64,000 nt of DNA from Candidatus Nomurabacteria bacterium (GCA_029288775.1 JARIGQ010000001.1:29044-93043), one strand, 5' to 3'; positions 19,182-29,300 are shown, numbered from the stretch's first letter. Made by a program: numbers and translations. Notes: generated by a model not told the origin, from the letters alone.

Positions 19182-19847
19182 ATGTTAAATCCAGTTGATG
19201 TTTTGGGACAAGCGCTTGTCGATACCGGCATGACTCTCGTGGCTTTCCTTCCAAATGTCATAATCGCAATTGTTTTGTTCGCATTAGGGTGGGCTTTTGG
19301 TCTTATCCTTGAACGTGCAGTAGGGCATCTTATTTCTGCGCTTCGCATTGACAGTGCGCTCCATCGTGCCGGCTTTGATAAGCTAAGTCAGCGTGCAGGG
19401 GTTCGCATCTCGCTTGCGGGATTCTTCGGAGCAGTTGTAAAGTGGTTCGTGGTGGTTGCGTTTACGGTTGCCGCTGCTGAAATCCTTGGTCTTAATCAAG
19501 TGACTCAGCTCCTCCGTGACATTCTTCTTTACATTCCACAGGTAATTGTTGCTGCGGTGATTCTTGTCATCGCAATGCTTCTTGGAGATTTTGTTGCACG
19601 TCTTATAGACCACTCTACTCGCAGTATGGGTATGCGTGGAAGTTTTGCAGCGCAAGTTGCGAAGTGGTCTATTATTATAGTCGGTGGTATCTTCCCAGCT
19701 CTTACACAGCTTCGTATTGCGCAGGGGTTGGTGGAAGTGCTTTTCACAGGTATTGTGTTTTCAGTTTCGCTCGCACTTGGCCTTGCATACGGCCTTGGGG
19801 GACGTGATGCAGCAGCTCGCTCCATCGAAAAGATGAAGGAACTCTAA
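19182..19847 (+). CDS. TM-helix repeat (CmpX/MscS-associated) membrane protein
   Basis: FLPNVIIAIV and YIPQVIVAAVIL repeats, ALGLAYGLGGRD. Confidence 0.85.
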   Translation: MLNPVDVLGQALVDTGMTLVAFLPNVIIAIVLFALGWAFGLILERAVGHLISALRIDSALHRAGFDKLSQRAGVRISLAGFFGAVVKWFVVVAFTVAAAEILGLNQVTQLLRDILLYIPQVIVAAVILVIAMLLGDFVARLIDHSTRSMGMRGSFAAQVAKWSIIIVGGIFPALTQLRIAQGLVEVLFTGIVFSVSLALGLAYGLGGRDAAARSIEKMKEL

Positions 19848-19960
19848 TCATCAGAAAAACCAGGAGATCATAAAAAGCAAGGGTACACCCTTGCTTTTTC
19901 CTTTCTTTTAGGCCTTTTTCTTTGGCGAAACAGGTAAAGGGGAAAAGGTGAGAAAAGTGC

Positions 19961-19989
19961 TTGACTTCAAAAGGTTCTTCTGATAAGAT
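19961..19989 (+). promoter_or_regulatory. sigma70 promoter for the 23S-tRNA-5S unit
   Basis: TTGACT-17 bp-TAAGAT with an extended TGn; boxA-like gttcgttgacaa at ~20112. Confidence 0.7.
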
Positions 19990-20579
19990 TATGAGCACTG
20001 TTAATGATGAAGAACACGAAAATTACTAGCTAAAAACCGCAGGCAAGTGACGTTTCGTTACGCGCCCGCCGGTAAGGCGGATTTTCTTTTCTAAAAATTG
20101 TTACAGGGGAGGTTCGTTGACAATAGAATCCCGTGCACAACACGCGCAACAATACTGTTATCCAGTAGTAGTAATATTCACTGGGGTCTAGCGGAGTTTG
20201 TAGTACGGGGAACATGAAAGATAATCAATGCACAAGTAGCTTGTAAACCTGCTTGTGCAGCACGCACATAACAATGGAGCGGTCCGGAGTTATGTGGTAG
20301 TTATGTTTCCTAATAGGAACATAAGAGCATACGGTGGATGCCTAGGCTCTAACAAGCGATGAAAGACGTGATCAGGCGGCGATACGCTTCGGGGAGGTGC
20401 CTAATAACCTTCGATCCGGAGATTTCTGAATGGGGAAACCTCATACGAGTAATGTTGTATGGTCTTAGAGAGCATTCTCAAGACGCGCACCCAGGGAAGT
20501 GAAACATCTCAGTACCTGGAGGAAAAGAAAACAAAAGTTATTCTGCAAGTAGCGGCGAGCGAAAACAGAGAAGCCCAAA

Positions 20580-21048
20580 CCAGCACACCACTTTGCTTTC
20601 AATTGATATCGTTCATGTATGTTTATAAGGGGAAAAAAGTTCTTTGCCCGCCTACCAAGGCGTGCACATATCCGATTCATCGGATATGGCGGGTCTCAAT
20701 TAGGGAAGCAGCCATGAGGTGAGCCTCTGTGAGACCGAATGAGATACCAGAGGTTGACGTACGCTTGTTGGTGACGTTGACCGGAGCGCCCGAAAGCGCA
20801 AGCTAACGGGAACAACGCACACGAAATCTCTCGTGTGCGTTGACAATGCCGTAAGGCTTCAAGGTGCTGACAAAAATGCCTTACGGAAGCTGGCCAGGCT
20901 GTGAACGATCGCATCGGCTTGGTTGGAAGGTGAGAGGCCGCAGGAACCCCCGCTCTTTAAAGTTTTGCCGATTATAAATCGGCTCTCCTTATAAACATAC
21001 ATGAACGAATACGATATCAATTGAATTGAAGGCAAAGTGGTGTGCTGG
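20580..21048 (+). other. Intervening sequence in 23S domain I: ~50-bp closing stem enclosing a structured ORF-less core
   Basis: Arm 20580-20632 is the reverse complement of 20985-21048 (two small bulges). Replaces the short helix between cccaaacc and ggggtagtaagac. Confidence 0.85.
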
Positions 21049-21251
21049 GGTAGTAAGACAGAAACGTAGATTTCTAGAAGAGTTACAAAAGGTAAATATA
21101 GACTAAGTTGTTGGAAAGCAACGCCACAGAAAGTGATAGCCTTGTAGTCGAAATATTTATCTCTCTTTTGTTTCTGATCTTGAGTAGTTCGAGACACGAA
21201 TAGCTCGGATGAATCAGCCGGAACTAACCGGTAAGGCTAAATATTGTTAGA

Positions 21252-21297
<46 letters not shown>

Positions 21298-22397
21298 GGA
21301 AGGGGAGTGAAATAGAACTGAAACCGTATGTTTACAAAGAGTAGAAGAGGTATTTATACCTCGACTGCGTGCCTATTGAAGAATGAGCCAACGAGTTGTA
21401 GGTTACTGCAGGCTAAGTGGTATAAAGTCACGGAGCCATAGCGAAAGCAAGTGTTAATAGCGCGAACCAATTGTAGTAGCTTACAGACCCGAAGCCGGAT
21501 GAGCTTACCATGAGCAGGGTGAAGCAGTGCGAAAGCACTGTGGAGGCCCGAACCAGTAGGTTGTACGACTCCTTTGGATGACTTGTGGTAAGGAGTGAAA
21601 AGCTAATCGAATTCGGTAATAGCTGGTTCTCTCCGAAATAGTTTTTGGACTAGCGTCATGTGTTCCCTTTGGGGGTAGAGCACTGGAAGGTTTTGACTAG
21701 TAGAAATACGGCAACACCTATCAAACTCCGAATACCAAAGGTTAAAAACATGGCAGTAAGACCACGGGGGCGAAGCTCCGTCGGTCAAAAGGGAAACAGC
21801 CCAGATCTCAAGTTAAGGTCCCTAAGTATAGATTAAGTGTATAGCGAGGAGGTGGAGTTTCATTGACAATGAGGATGTTGGCTTAGAAGCAGCCATCATT
21901 GAAAGAAAGCGTAACAGCTCACCCATCGAGAGACTCTGCGCCGTAAATGATCGGGACTAAAATCTATCACCGAAACTGAGGGCTTCCTATTTATAGGGAG
22001 CGGTAGGAGAGTGTTCCACTCTGCGCTGAAGCGGAAGGGGTAACCCACCGTGGAGCGTGTGGAAGTACGAATGTTGGCACAAGTAACCGCAAGGAAGGTG
22101 AGATCCCTTCCCGCCGAAAGAATAAGGTTTCCTTTGCAATGATTGTCAGCGAAGGGTTAGTCGGGCCTAAGGAGATGGCAAACGCCGGATCCGATGGACA
22201 TAAGGTTAATATTCCTTAACTTGGTAGTAATGTGATGGGATGACGGGGTGTAGTATGTAAAGCGTCTTATTGGATTGACGTTTATTGTGTAAGTGGCTTG
22301 TGTAGGGAAATCCGCACGAGTATACCGCAAGCACCGTATGAAGGTGAGGGGCAACCCGAGCCAATTTTACAAAGCACGCCTCCGAGAAAAGTCTCTA

Positions 22398-22490
22398 CAT
22401 TCTGTGAATACAGAACGTCTTCTTGTGCCTTTTACTAGGTACGAGCTTGCTTGTATCTAGATCATCTAGGTACAAGAAGATGCTTAAGTT
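22398..22490 (+). other. 23S expansion segment (~90 nt) in domain III
   Basis: Extra hairpins between ccgagaaaagtctcta and ccgtaccgcaaaccgacacagg: ttctgt/acagaa, tcttcttgtgcct/aggtacaagaaga, ctaggtacgag/cttgtatctag. Confidence 0.7.
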
Positions 22491-22772
22491 ACTATTAATC
22501 CGTACCGCAAACCGACACAGGTATTCGAGTCGAGTAGACTAAGGCGAACGAGTGATATCTCCCTAAGGAACTAGGCAAAAAAGCGATCGTAAGTTAGCGA
22601 TAAGATCTGCCCATAGCAATATGGGCCGCAGCGAAAGTTTCCCTAGCGACTGTTTACCAAAAACACAGCTTCCTGCGAACACGTAAGTGGATGTATAGGA
22701 GGTGACGCCTGACCAATGCGGGAAGGTCAAATATCGGCGGTGCTTCGGTGCTGGATGATATAAGCCCCCGTC

Positions 22773-22804
<32 letters not shown>

Positions 22805-23018
22805 TCTGATCATATCTATGATGTGGTCAGAACGGACTAGGACGGTTATAGGGAATTTGGTTTAAATAAAGTAAAAACAGTCTAATTGTGTACGCTTCAT
22901 AAAGCTACCTGTTGCATCGAAATATGCATTCAGTCCAATGTGATTAACGAGAGACCAACGTCACACATCTGACCATTAGGTTGAAGATGAAGATAGAGTC
23001 CAACTTGAGGAATAGTTG
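22805..23018 (+). mobile_element. Compact, atypical group I intron at the 23S L1931-equivalent site (214 nt, no ORF)
   Basis: Interrupts GGTCCTAAGGT^AGCGAAATTCC, U before the 5' site, terminal G; P8 catct..agatg and S-like gaagatagagtcc. Confidence 0.8.
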
Positions 23019-23588
23019 AGCGAAATTCCTTGTCTGGTAAGTTCAGACGTGCACGAATGGCGTAACGACTGGGGAACTGTCTCAGGGAGTAGCTCGGTGA
23101 AAATACAGTGGGGGTGAAGATGCCCCCTAGCTGCAGATAGACGAAAAGACCCCGTGAGCTTTACTCTAGCTTGGTATTGCAAGTGTTCAATTACTGCGTA
23201 GTGTAGTGGTGAGAGGTTGAAGGTATGATTTCGGTTGTACTGGACTCGTCGATGAAACAGCCATCTGTAATTGGGCACTTGCTAACGTGAACGGAAAAAA
23301 CGTTCGCAGACAGTATCTGGTGGGGAGTTTAACTGGGGCGGTTTCCTCCCAAAAGGTAACGGAGGAGTATATTAAGGTCATCTAGGCGCGAATGGAAACC
23401 GTGCCGATAGCGCAAGGGCATAAGATGGCTTGACTGTGAGACGGGCATGTCGAGCAGACGCGAAAGCGGGTCCTAGTGAACCTACTCTTGGCTTTAGACG
23501 CCGGAGCAGATTAACGGATAGAAGCTACCACGGGGATAACAGGCTAGTTGTGCCTAAGAGTTCATATCGACGGCACAGTTCGGCACCT

Positions 23589-23942
23589 TAACTTTAATCG
23601 GGGTGCGTCAGGAGCAATCCTGTAGCAACACATGTACAATCGTCAAATAAATAATATGTACACAAGAAATCTTGGCTTATAACGGTGAAACCCTTATGCA
23701 TGAACACCATAAGGGCAATACCGTGGGAAGTTTATATGTAAGAAAGCGATCACTCCAATTGTATTGGAGAGCTGCACACCTCAAAATGTGATTACATGTA
23801 TAACCTCGTAGAGACTTGTCACGCATGTGACGGAGTTGTGGTTCAAAGAAGATAAACCATAGCTAATACGCCAACGCCGCCTTTGATCGGGCGGATGAAG
23901 ATATAGTCCGATCCTTCCAGTAATGGAAGACAAATACGACAG
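23589..23942 (+). mobile_element. Group I intron (IA-like) at the 23S L2500-equivalent site (354 nt, no ORF)
   Basis: Interrupts GGCACCT^CGATGTCGG. IGS atcggggtgc forms P1 with a U-G wobble and P10. R gtagagact, S gaagatatagtcc, terminal G, extra stems after P7. Confidence 0.92.
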
Positions 23943-24088
23943 CGATGTCGGCTCATCTTATCCTGGTGGTGGAGAAGCTACCAAGGGTTTGGCTGTTCGC
24001 CAATTAAAAAGATACGTGAGCTGGGTTCAAACCGTCGTGAGACAGGTTGGTTTCCTATCTTCTGCAGCCGTTCGAATATTGAGAAGAT

Positions 24089-24119
<31 letters not shown>

Positions 24120-24474
24120 TGACCTCTGGTGTGTGGGCTCTAGCGCCAGCTGGACCGCCCAGTAGCTATGTCGGGAATGGATAACCTCTGAAAGCATCTA
24201 AGAGGGAAGCCAACTTCAAGATAAGTATTCGTTGAGGGTCGTAAGAGATGATTACGTTGATAGGATCTAAGTGTACGCACAGTAATGTGTTTAGCTGAGG
24301 ATTACTAATTACCCGAATCCTATTAGGAAACATGATTATCACAAATAATCATCGTGCATCTTTCATGTGGTGAGAGGAGGTTGAAGAGTCTGATACCAGC
24401 AATGGTCGCTTACAATTTGGCTTCCTCTCACCACGTGAAGATTTGGTTCTTTCATGTTGTGAACGATATATGAT

Positions 24475-24650
24475 GGGGATGTAGCTCAGTTGGTAGAGCG
24501 TTTCCCTGGGGGTTGGGTGTCAACGCCCGACTTGTCTCCCAGCTAGTTGCCGAGTACAAAAGGCTTAGGCAAAAGGACTGCCGCCGACGAGGTGGAGGAA
24601 GGGGGAGAGCAGGGGGAAGGTCGCAGGTTCAAATCCTGCCATCTCCACCA
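24475..24650 (+). tRNA. tRNA-Ala interrupted by a 100-nt insert in the anticodon (most likely GGC after removal)
   Basis: Acceptor GGGGATG/CATCTCC with G3-U70, A73 and CCA; full D arm; T arm gcagg-ttcaaat-cctgc. Removing 100 nt gives a canonical 76-nt cloverleaf. Confidence 0.8.
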
Positions 24651-24683
24651 TCTCATATATCGACGAAACGTTTGAGTTTTTTG

Positions 24684-24792
24684 TTCTGGTGGTTTAACCT
24701 AAGGGTCACACCTCTTCCCATTTCGAACAGAGAAGTTAAGCCTTAACGTGGCGATGATACTGACATTGTCGGGAAAGTAGCTGCCGCCAGAA
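24684..24792 (+). rRNA. rrf: 5S rRNA
   Basis: ttctggtgg..cacacctcttcccatttcgaacagagaagttaagc..gatgatact..gggaaagtag..ccgccagaa; terminal stem. Confidence 0.93.
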
Positions 24793-24859
24793 CAAAGGAC
24801 TCAAAACAACAAAAACGCGAAGCGAAAGCTTCGTGTTTTTGTTTGCTATACTGGAAGAT

Positions 24860-25633
24860 ATGGAGTCCACGTGGTCAGCACGACGCAAACTTATATACGG
24901 CTTAGGGGTGCTTATTGTTATTATTCTTATAGCAGTTTTTTCGCTCCGTAACGTTCTCTTTCCCACCCCTACCTGCTTTGATGGTAAGCAAAATGGATAT
25001 GAAGCAGGAGTGGATTGCGGAGGATCCTGCAGTCTTAGGTGCTCTTCCCAAATTATTCCACTTTCTGTTTCTTGGGCTCGAGCCATTCGCACTTCTTCAA
25101 CGACATATGATTTAGCTGGTCTTATAGGTAATAGGAATGTGGATAGTTCAACGCAAGCTATTACGTACACCTTCTCGATATACGGCCCGGATGGCACGCT
25201 TATGGCACAAATGAATGGCATGACACCGGTTCCGGTAGATGGTGATTTTCCTGTAGTGGTAAACAAGGTATTCCTTCCGGCTCCTCCTTCTTCGGTAAGT
25301 CTCACAGTTCCCGGCAATGCTCTGTTTTATCACGTTACGGAAAGTGCTACCAATCCTACTCTTCGGGTGACATCTACTCGATTTGAAGAAGGGGCTATTC
25401 CTCGAGTCTATGCCACCATTGTAAATACCAAGCGTTTGCGCCTTAAGAATGTTCCGGTGCGTGCCGTGCTGTATGATGAGCAAGGAAACGCTTTTGCCGT
25501 GGGGCAAACGATTATCGACTCTCTCGATAAAGAAGGTGTTGCAAATGTTGTGTTTACGTGGAATACTGCTTTCTCTTTTCCTCCGACAAAAATTCGCATT
25601 TACCCAATCTTGGATCCGTTTGTAGTCTCTTAG
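24860..25633 (+). CDS. Membrane-anchored protein with Cys-rich CFDGKQNGxExGVDCGGSC motif and two Ig-like domains
   Basis: Start MESTWSARRK, one TM, Cys motif. Confidence 0.75.
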   Translation: MESTWSARRKLIYGLGVLIVIILIAVFSLRNVLFPTPTCFDGKQNGYEAGVDCGGSCSLRCSSQIIPLSVSWARAIRTSSTTYDLAGLIGNRNVDSSTQAITYTFSIYGPDGTLMAQMNGMTPVPVDGDFPVVVNKVFLPAPPSSVSLTVPGNALFYHVTESATNPTLRVTSTRFEEGAIPRVYATIVNTKRLRLKNVPVRAVLYDEQGNAFAVGQTIIDSLDKEGVANVVFTWNTAFSFPPTKIRIYPILDPFVVS

Positions 25634-25638
25634 CTTTC

Positions 25639-26769
25639 ATGAAATACATTTCCCAACTCCTGTCCCGCGTCGAAGCATTTTTGTTCATGCCGGTTTTTTT
25701 TATTCTCATTGCGGGGTTGCTCACCATGAGTTCTTTTGAAGTGGGAGATACGTATTTTTGGAAGCAGGGCCTTTTTATCATTATCTGTCTCAGTGCCTTT
25801 TTCTTTGCAGCCAGTTTTGAATATAGATTTTTAAAGCAGACAAGAGTAGTAATTGCTGTGTACACTTTTTTGCTCTCTGTGCTCGGGCTTCTTTTTGTGC
25901 TGGGTAAAGTTTCCAAAGGGGCACAATCCTGGTTTCATCTGGGTGGTTTTTCGTTTCAGCCAACGGACTATATGAAGCTTGGGCTCATTATCGTATTGGC
26001 TAAGTATTTTTCTCGACGCCATATAGAAATTGCCAATATACGTCATATTATCGTTTCCGGTATCTATGCTTTCATTCCATTTGTGCTAGTGGCGCTTCAG
26101 CCGGATTTTGGTTCCGCAATGGTTATTTTTGCCATATGGCTGGGCATGGTGCTTGTCTCGGGAATTTCCAAGAAGCATCTTCTTTTGGTATTTGGCATAG
26201 GAACGGTAGCCTTTTTCTTGGCGTGGCATTTTGCTTTCAAACCATATCAAAAGGCGCGTATTATCAATTTCGTGGATCCTCTCCATGATATTCGAGGAAC
26301 AGGGTACAACGCATATCAGTCTACGATTGCCGTAGGGTCAGGAGGGGTATTTGGGAAGGGTATTGGCTACGGTACTCAATCGCGCCTTAACTTTTTGCCA
26401 GAATACAAGACTGACTTTATCTTTGCGGCATACGCAGAAGAGTGGGGATTTGTAGGCGCAGTGCTTCTTCTTCTTTTTTATCTTCTCATTATGTACAAGC
26501 TTGCAAGTTATGCGCTTGTAGCGGATTCGACTTTTGAAGCCTTATTTACCTATGGCGTGATGATTTGGTTTTTGACGCACATTGTCATTAATATCGGCAT
26601 GAATATTGGTATTATGCCCGTAACAGGTATTCCGCTTCCGCTTATGAGTTATGGCGGCTCGCATTTACTTTCTGAATGCTTGGCACTGGGTATGGCGGTA
26701 GGAATGCATGCCTATGCCAGGGCGGGACACAAGTACCACATGAAAAACGAGTTTTTAGGTTTAGAGTAA
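25639..26769 (+). CDS. rodA: SEDS peptidoglycan polymerase RodA
   Basis: GAQSWF..FQPT, LQPDFGS, GSGG..GKG, FLPE..TDFIF, PVTGIPLPLMSYGGS. Confidence 0.9.
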   Translation: MKYISQLLSRVEAFLFMPVFFILIAGLLTMSSFEVGDTYFWKQGLFIIICLSAFFFAASFEYRFLKQTRVVIAVYTFLLSVLGLLFVLGKVSKGAQSWFHLGGFSFQPTDYMKLGLIIVLAKYFSRRHIEIANIRHIIVSGIYAFIPFVLVALQPDFGSAMVIFAIWLGMVLVSGISKKHLLLVFGIGTVAFFLAWHFAFKPYQKARIINFVDPLHDIRGTGYNAYQSTIAVGSGGVFGKGIGYGTQSRLNFLPEYKTDFIFAAYAEEWGFVGAVLLLLFYLLIMYKLASYALVADSTFEALFTYGVMIWFLTHIVINIGMNIGIMPVTGIPLPLMSYGGSHLLSECLALGMAVGMHAYARAGHKYHMKNEFLGLE

Positions 26770-26785
26770 ACTACTAAAGTTAACT

Positions 26786-27904
26786 TTATTCCTCGTAAAT
26801 CTTAATCGTTTTTTCAATCATTAGCTCCAAGGAAAATTCTTTACGGAGTTCGTTACGACCAGATGTGATTTTTCTAATTGGCGAAGAAAGAATTTCGCGT
26901 AATGTTTCTATAGATGACGCATTTCGTATATCAATGAGTGTAGACCCTGGATCATGAGCAAGCACTTCTGGTATCCCTCCTACATTGCTTGCAATGATAG
27001 GCAAAGTAGATTGTAGCGCTTCAATTGCCACATACGCCAAAGCTTCCGTGCGTGAAGGGAGAAAGAAAAGGTCGAAGCTTTCCAGATACTGAGCTGCGTC
27101 TTTAGTGTGCCCAAGAAGATGAACGCGAGAAGTGAGGTTGTGTTTTTTGATAAGGATTTCGATTTGTGTACGATAGTATCCTTCGCCTAAGATAAACCAT
27201 TCCCACGACAGGTCACGAAGCTGTGAAAGGTAGGTAAGCGCAATGTGGAATCCTTTGCTTGGGTGGAGCTCGCCAATGGATACCATCGCAATTCGTTCGC
27301 GTCGTATTTGCCGAAAATCTTCATAAAAAGCAGTAGGGGATTTGAACGAAATTGGTCCGATACCGTTATGAATAATTACACACTTTGGATATAGCATACT
27401 TCCCGCTCGAAGATCGATTTTAGTTTTATTTGAAACGCAAATGGTTTTATGAGAGGCAAGTACCGCCATTTTCATTAAACCTCGAAGGATAATCTTTTGC
27501 CACAGTGGTCGTTCCTCATTGAATGGCCATCCATGCGCCGTAAATATAATATGGGGCACATTTGCCAAGCGTCCGGCAAGTGTGCCAAAAAGACCTGCCT
27601 TTGAACTATTGATATGAACCACTTCAGGTTGTTCACGCCTAAAAAGAGACACCAACTCCATAAAGGCTCGGAAGGATCCTATGGGATTCATATTGTTCTT
27701 CATATGAAGAAGAGGTAGGACGCGAACTCCTCTTTCTTGTAATCTATGCGTCATTTCTCCTGTTCCGCCGGTAGCTACTTGTACATCAAATCCGCGAGCG
27801 TGGAGCCCTGTTGCGATATCGTAGACATATTTCTGAGCCCCGCCCCAGTTGGACTTTGTAATGACAAGGATAACTTTTTGTCGTTTCGTGGAGCTTTTGT
27901 ACAT
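26786..27904 (-). CDS. GT4 glycosyltransferase
   Basis: GGAQKY, TAHGW, PSRTEAL...EAL...ASNVGGIPEV. Confidence 0.92.
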   Translation of the reverse strand: MYKSSTKRQKVILVITKSNWGGAQKYVYDIATGLHARGFDVQVATGGTGEMTHRLQERGVRVLPLLHMKNNMNPIGSFRAFMELVSLFRREQPEVVHINSSKAGLFGTLAGRLANVPHIIFTAHGWPFNEERPLWQKIILRGLMKMAVLASHKTICVSNKTKIDLRAGSMLYPKCVIIHNGIGPISFKSPTAFYEDFRQIRRERIAMVSIGELHPSKGFHIALTYLSQLRDLSWEWFILGEGYYRTQIEILIKKHNLTSRVHLLGHTKDAAQYLESFDLFFLPSRTEALAYVAIEALQSTLPIIASNVGGIPEVLAHDPGSTLIDIRNASSIETLREILSSPIRKITSGRNELRKEFSLELMIEKTIKIYEE

Positions 27905-27929
27905 ATGGTATAGTTAGTGTACCAAAGGC

Positions 27930-29282
27930 ATGCTTAAACTTAAATCAAAGCAGATCGCGCTCCTTATCGGCGACATGGCAATAGCGGGCTTATCCCTATT
28001 TGTCGCCCTCACTATACGTTTCTTGGCTGTTCCTCCTGAAGATCGTTTTGTGGTGCATGTGGATCTTTTCCTCCCGGTATTTATTCTGTCCATTATTTTT
28101 TACTACAGTTTTGACTTCTATGAATTTAGTCTATTCCAATCAAAACTTCGTCAATTTTCCAAAATCATTAATCTTAATCTTTTGGCCGGATTAATTGGAT
28201 TAGGATACTTTTATATCATTGCTCCGGCTACCGGCCTTACTCCAAAGACAGTATTGGTACTTTATACAGTTTTAACTATTTTATTTTCAAGCATCTGGAG
28301 GCTTTGGATTGTTCAAAAGTCTTTTCCTGCTTCGGCTCGTTCTCGCACGCTGCTTATTGCTCAAGCAGAGGAATACAGTGAATTACGCGAAATGGTCAAT
28401 GGTCATAGTTTTTATCCATACTATATTACCGACCACTTAGATCTTGAACTGGAAAGCTTGGAAGGTTTGGACACCCTCTCCCAGCTTAAAACGATTTTGG
28501 AGCAGAATAACATAGAGCAAGTGATTGTAGATATTCGTGACGAAAGAACGGTGGAACTTTTGCCGTATCTTTATAACTTAGCTGCACAGAGAAAAATTCA
28601 TGTTTTTGATGCTGCACTTGTTTATCAAGACGTATTAAAAAAAATGCCTATGCGAGGAATTGGACATTTTTGGTTTTTTGAATCTGTTCATTTGAACATC
28701 CAAGCATATGAGGCTGCAAAACGATTTATAGATACACTTATCGCTTTACCTGTGTTGTTGGTATATCTTCCTTTGCTCCCTTTTATTTATATTGCTATTA
28801 AGCTTGATGATGGAGGTCCGCTTTTAAGTATTCAAAAGCGGTATGGACGAGGAGGAAAAATACTTAGTTTGTATAAAATCCGCACTATGAACTTTACAGA
28901 TGAAGGAGCATGGGTAAAGCATAATGTCGAAAATAAGGTGACGCGAGTGGGTCAATTTTTCCGTAAGACGCGCTTGGACGAGTTCCCTCAACTCTGGAAT
29001 GTTATTAAAGGAGATATTTCGCTTGTGGGGCCGCGTCCCGATATTTTGGCCCTTGGTGGTCAGCTTTCAGCACAAATTCCATTTTATATGATGCGCTACA
29101 CTGTGGTGCCTGGTCTTTCGGGGTGGGCTCAGATCAATCAAGTGTATCCTCCCAATTCTCTTGAAGAAACCAAGGAGCGGCTTCAGTATGACTTGTACTA
29201 TATTAAGAACAGATCCCTTGTTTTAGACTTCATTGTTATGGTGAAAACATTTCGGGTGCTGGTTCAACGTACGGGTATTTAG
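27930..29282 (+). CDS. Priming polyprenyl-phosphate sugar transferase (WcaJ/WbaP-like)
   Basis: Four TMs, KIRTM, RKTRLDEFPQLWNVIKGDISLVGPRP, PGLSGWAQI. Confidence 0.93.
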   Translation: MLKLKSKQIALLIGDMAIAGLSLFVALTIRFLAVPPEDRFVVHVDLFLPVFILSIIFYYSFDFYEFSLFQSKLRQFSKIINLNLLAGLIGLGYFYIIAPATGLTPKTVLVLYTVLTILFSSIWRLWIVQKSFPASARSRTLLIAQAEEYSELREMVNGHSFYPYYITDHLDLELESLEGLDTLSQLKTILEQNNIEQVIVDIRDERTVELLPYLYNLAAQRKIHVFDAALVYQDVLKKMPMRGIGHFWFFESVHLNIQAYEAAKRFIDTLIALPVLLVYLPLLPFIYIAIKLDDGGPLLSIQKRYGRGGKILSLYKIRTMNFTDEGAWVKHNVENKVTRVGQFFRKTRLDEFPQLWNVIKGDISLVGPRPDILALGGQLSAQIPFYMMRYTVVPGLSGWAQINQVYPPNSLEETKERLQYDLYYIKNRSLVLDFIVMVKTFRVLVQRTGI

Positions 29283-29300
29283 ATGTGATAGTATAGGATT

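Noticed and set aside
20686-20736. SRP RNA helix 8 (GGAAGCAGCC) inside the 23S insertion
   Set aside because: Lacks the CAGG/GNRA partner and the long SRP rod; the bases are better explained by other hairpins
24506-24610. HDV-like/theta ribozyme fold for the tRNA insert
   Set aside because: A 3-bp stem with a 7-nt loop exists (gtc-aacgccc-gac), but P1, P1.1 and the J4/2 catalytic C context do not fit by eye
24475-24650. tmRNA (Ala-type ends)
   Set aside because: Only 176 nt, has a full D stem, and the insert has no tag ORF with a stop codon
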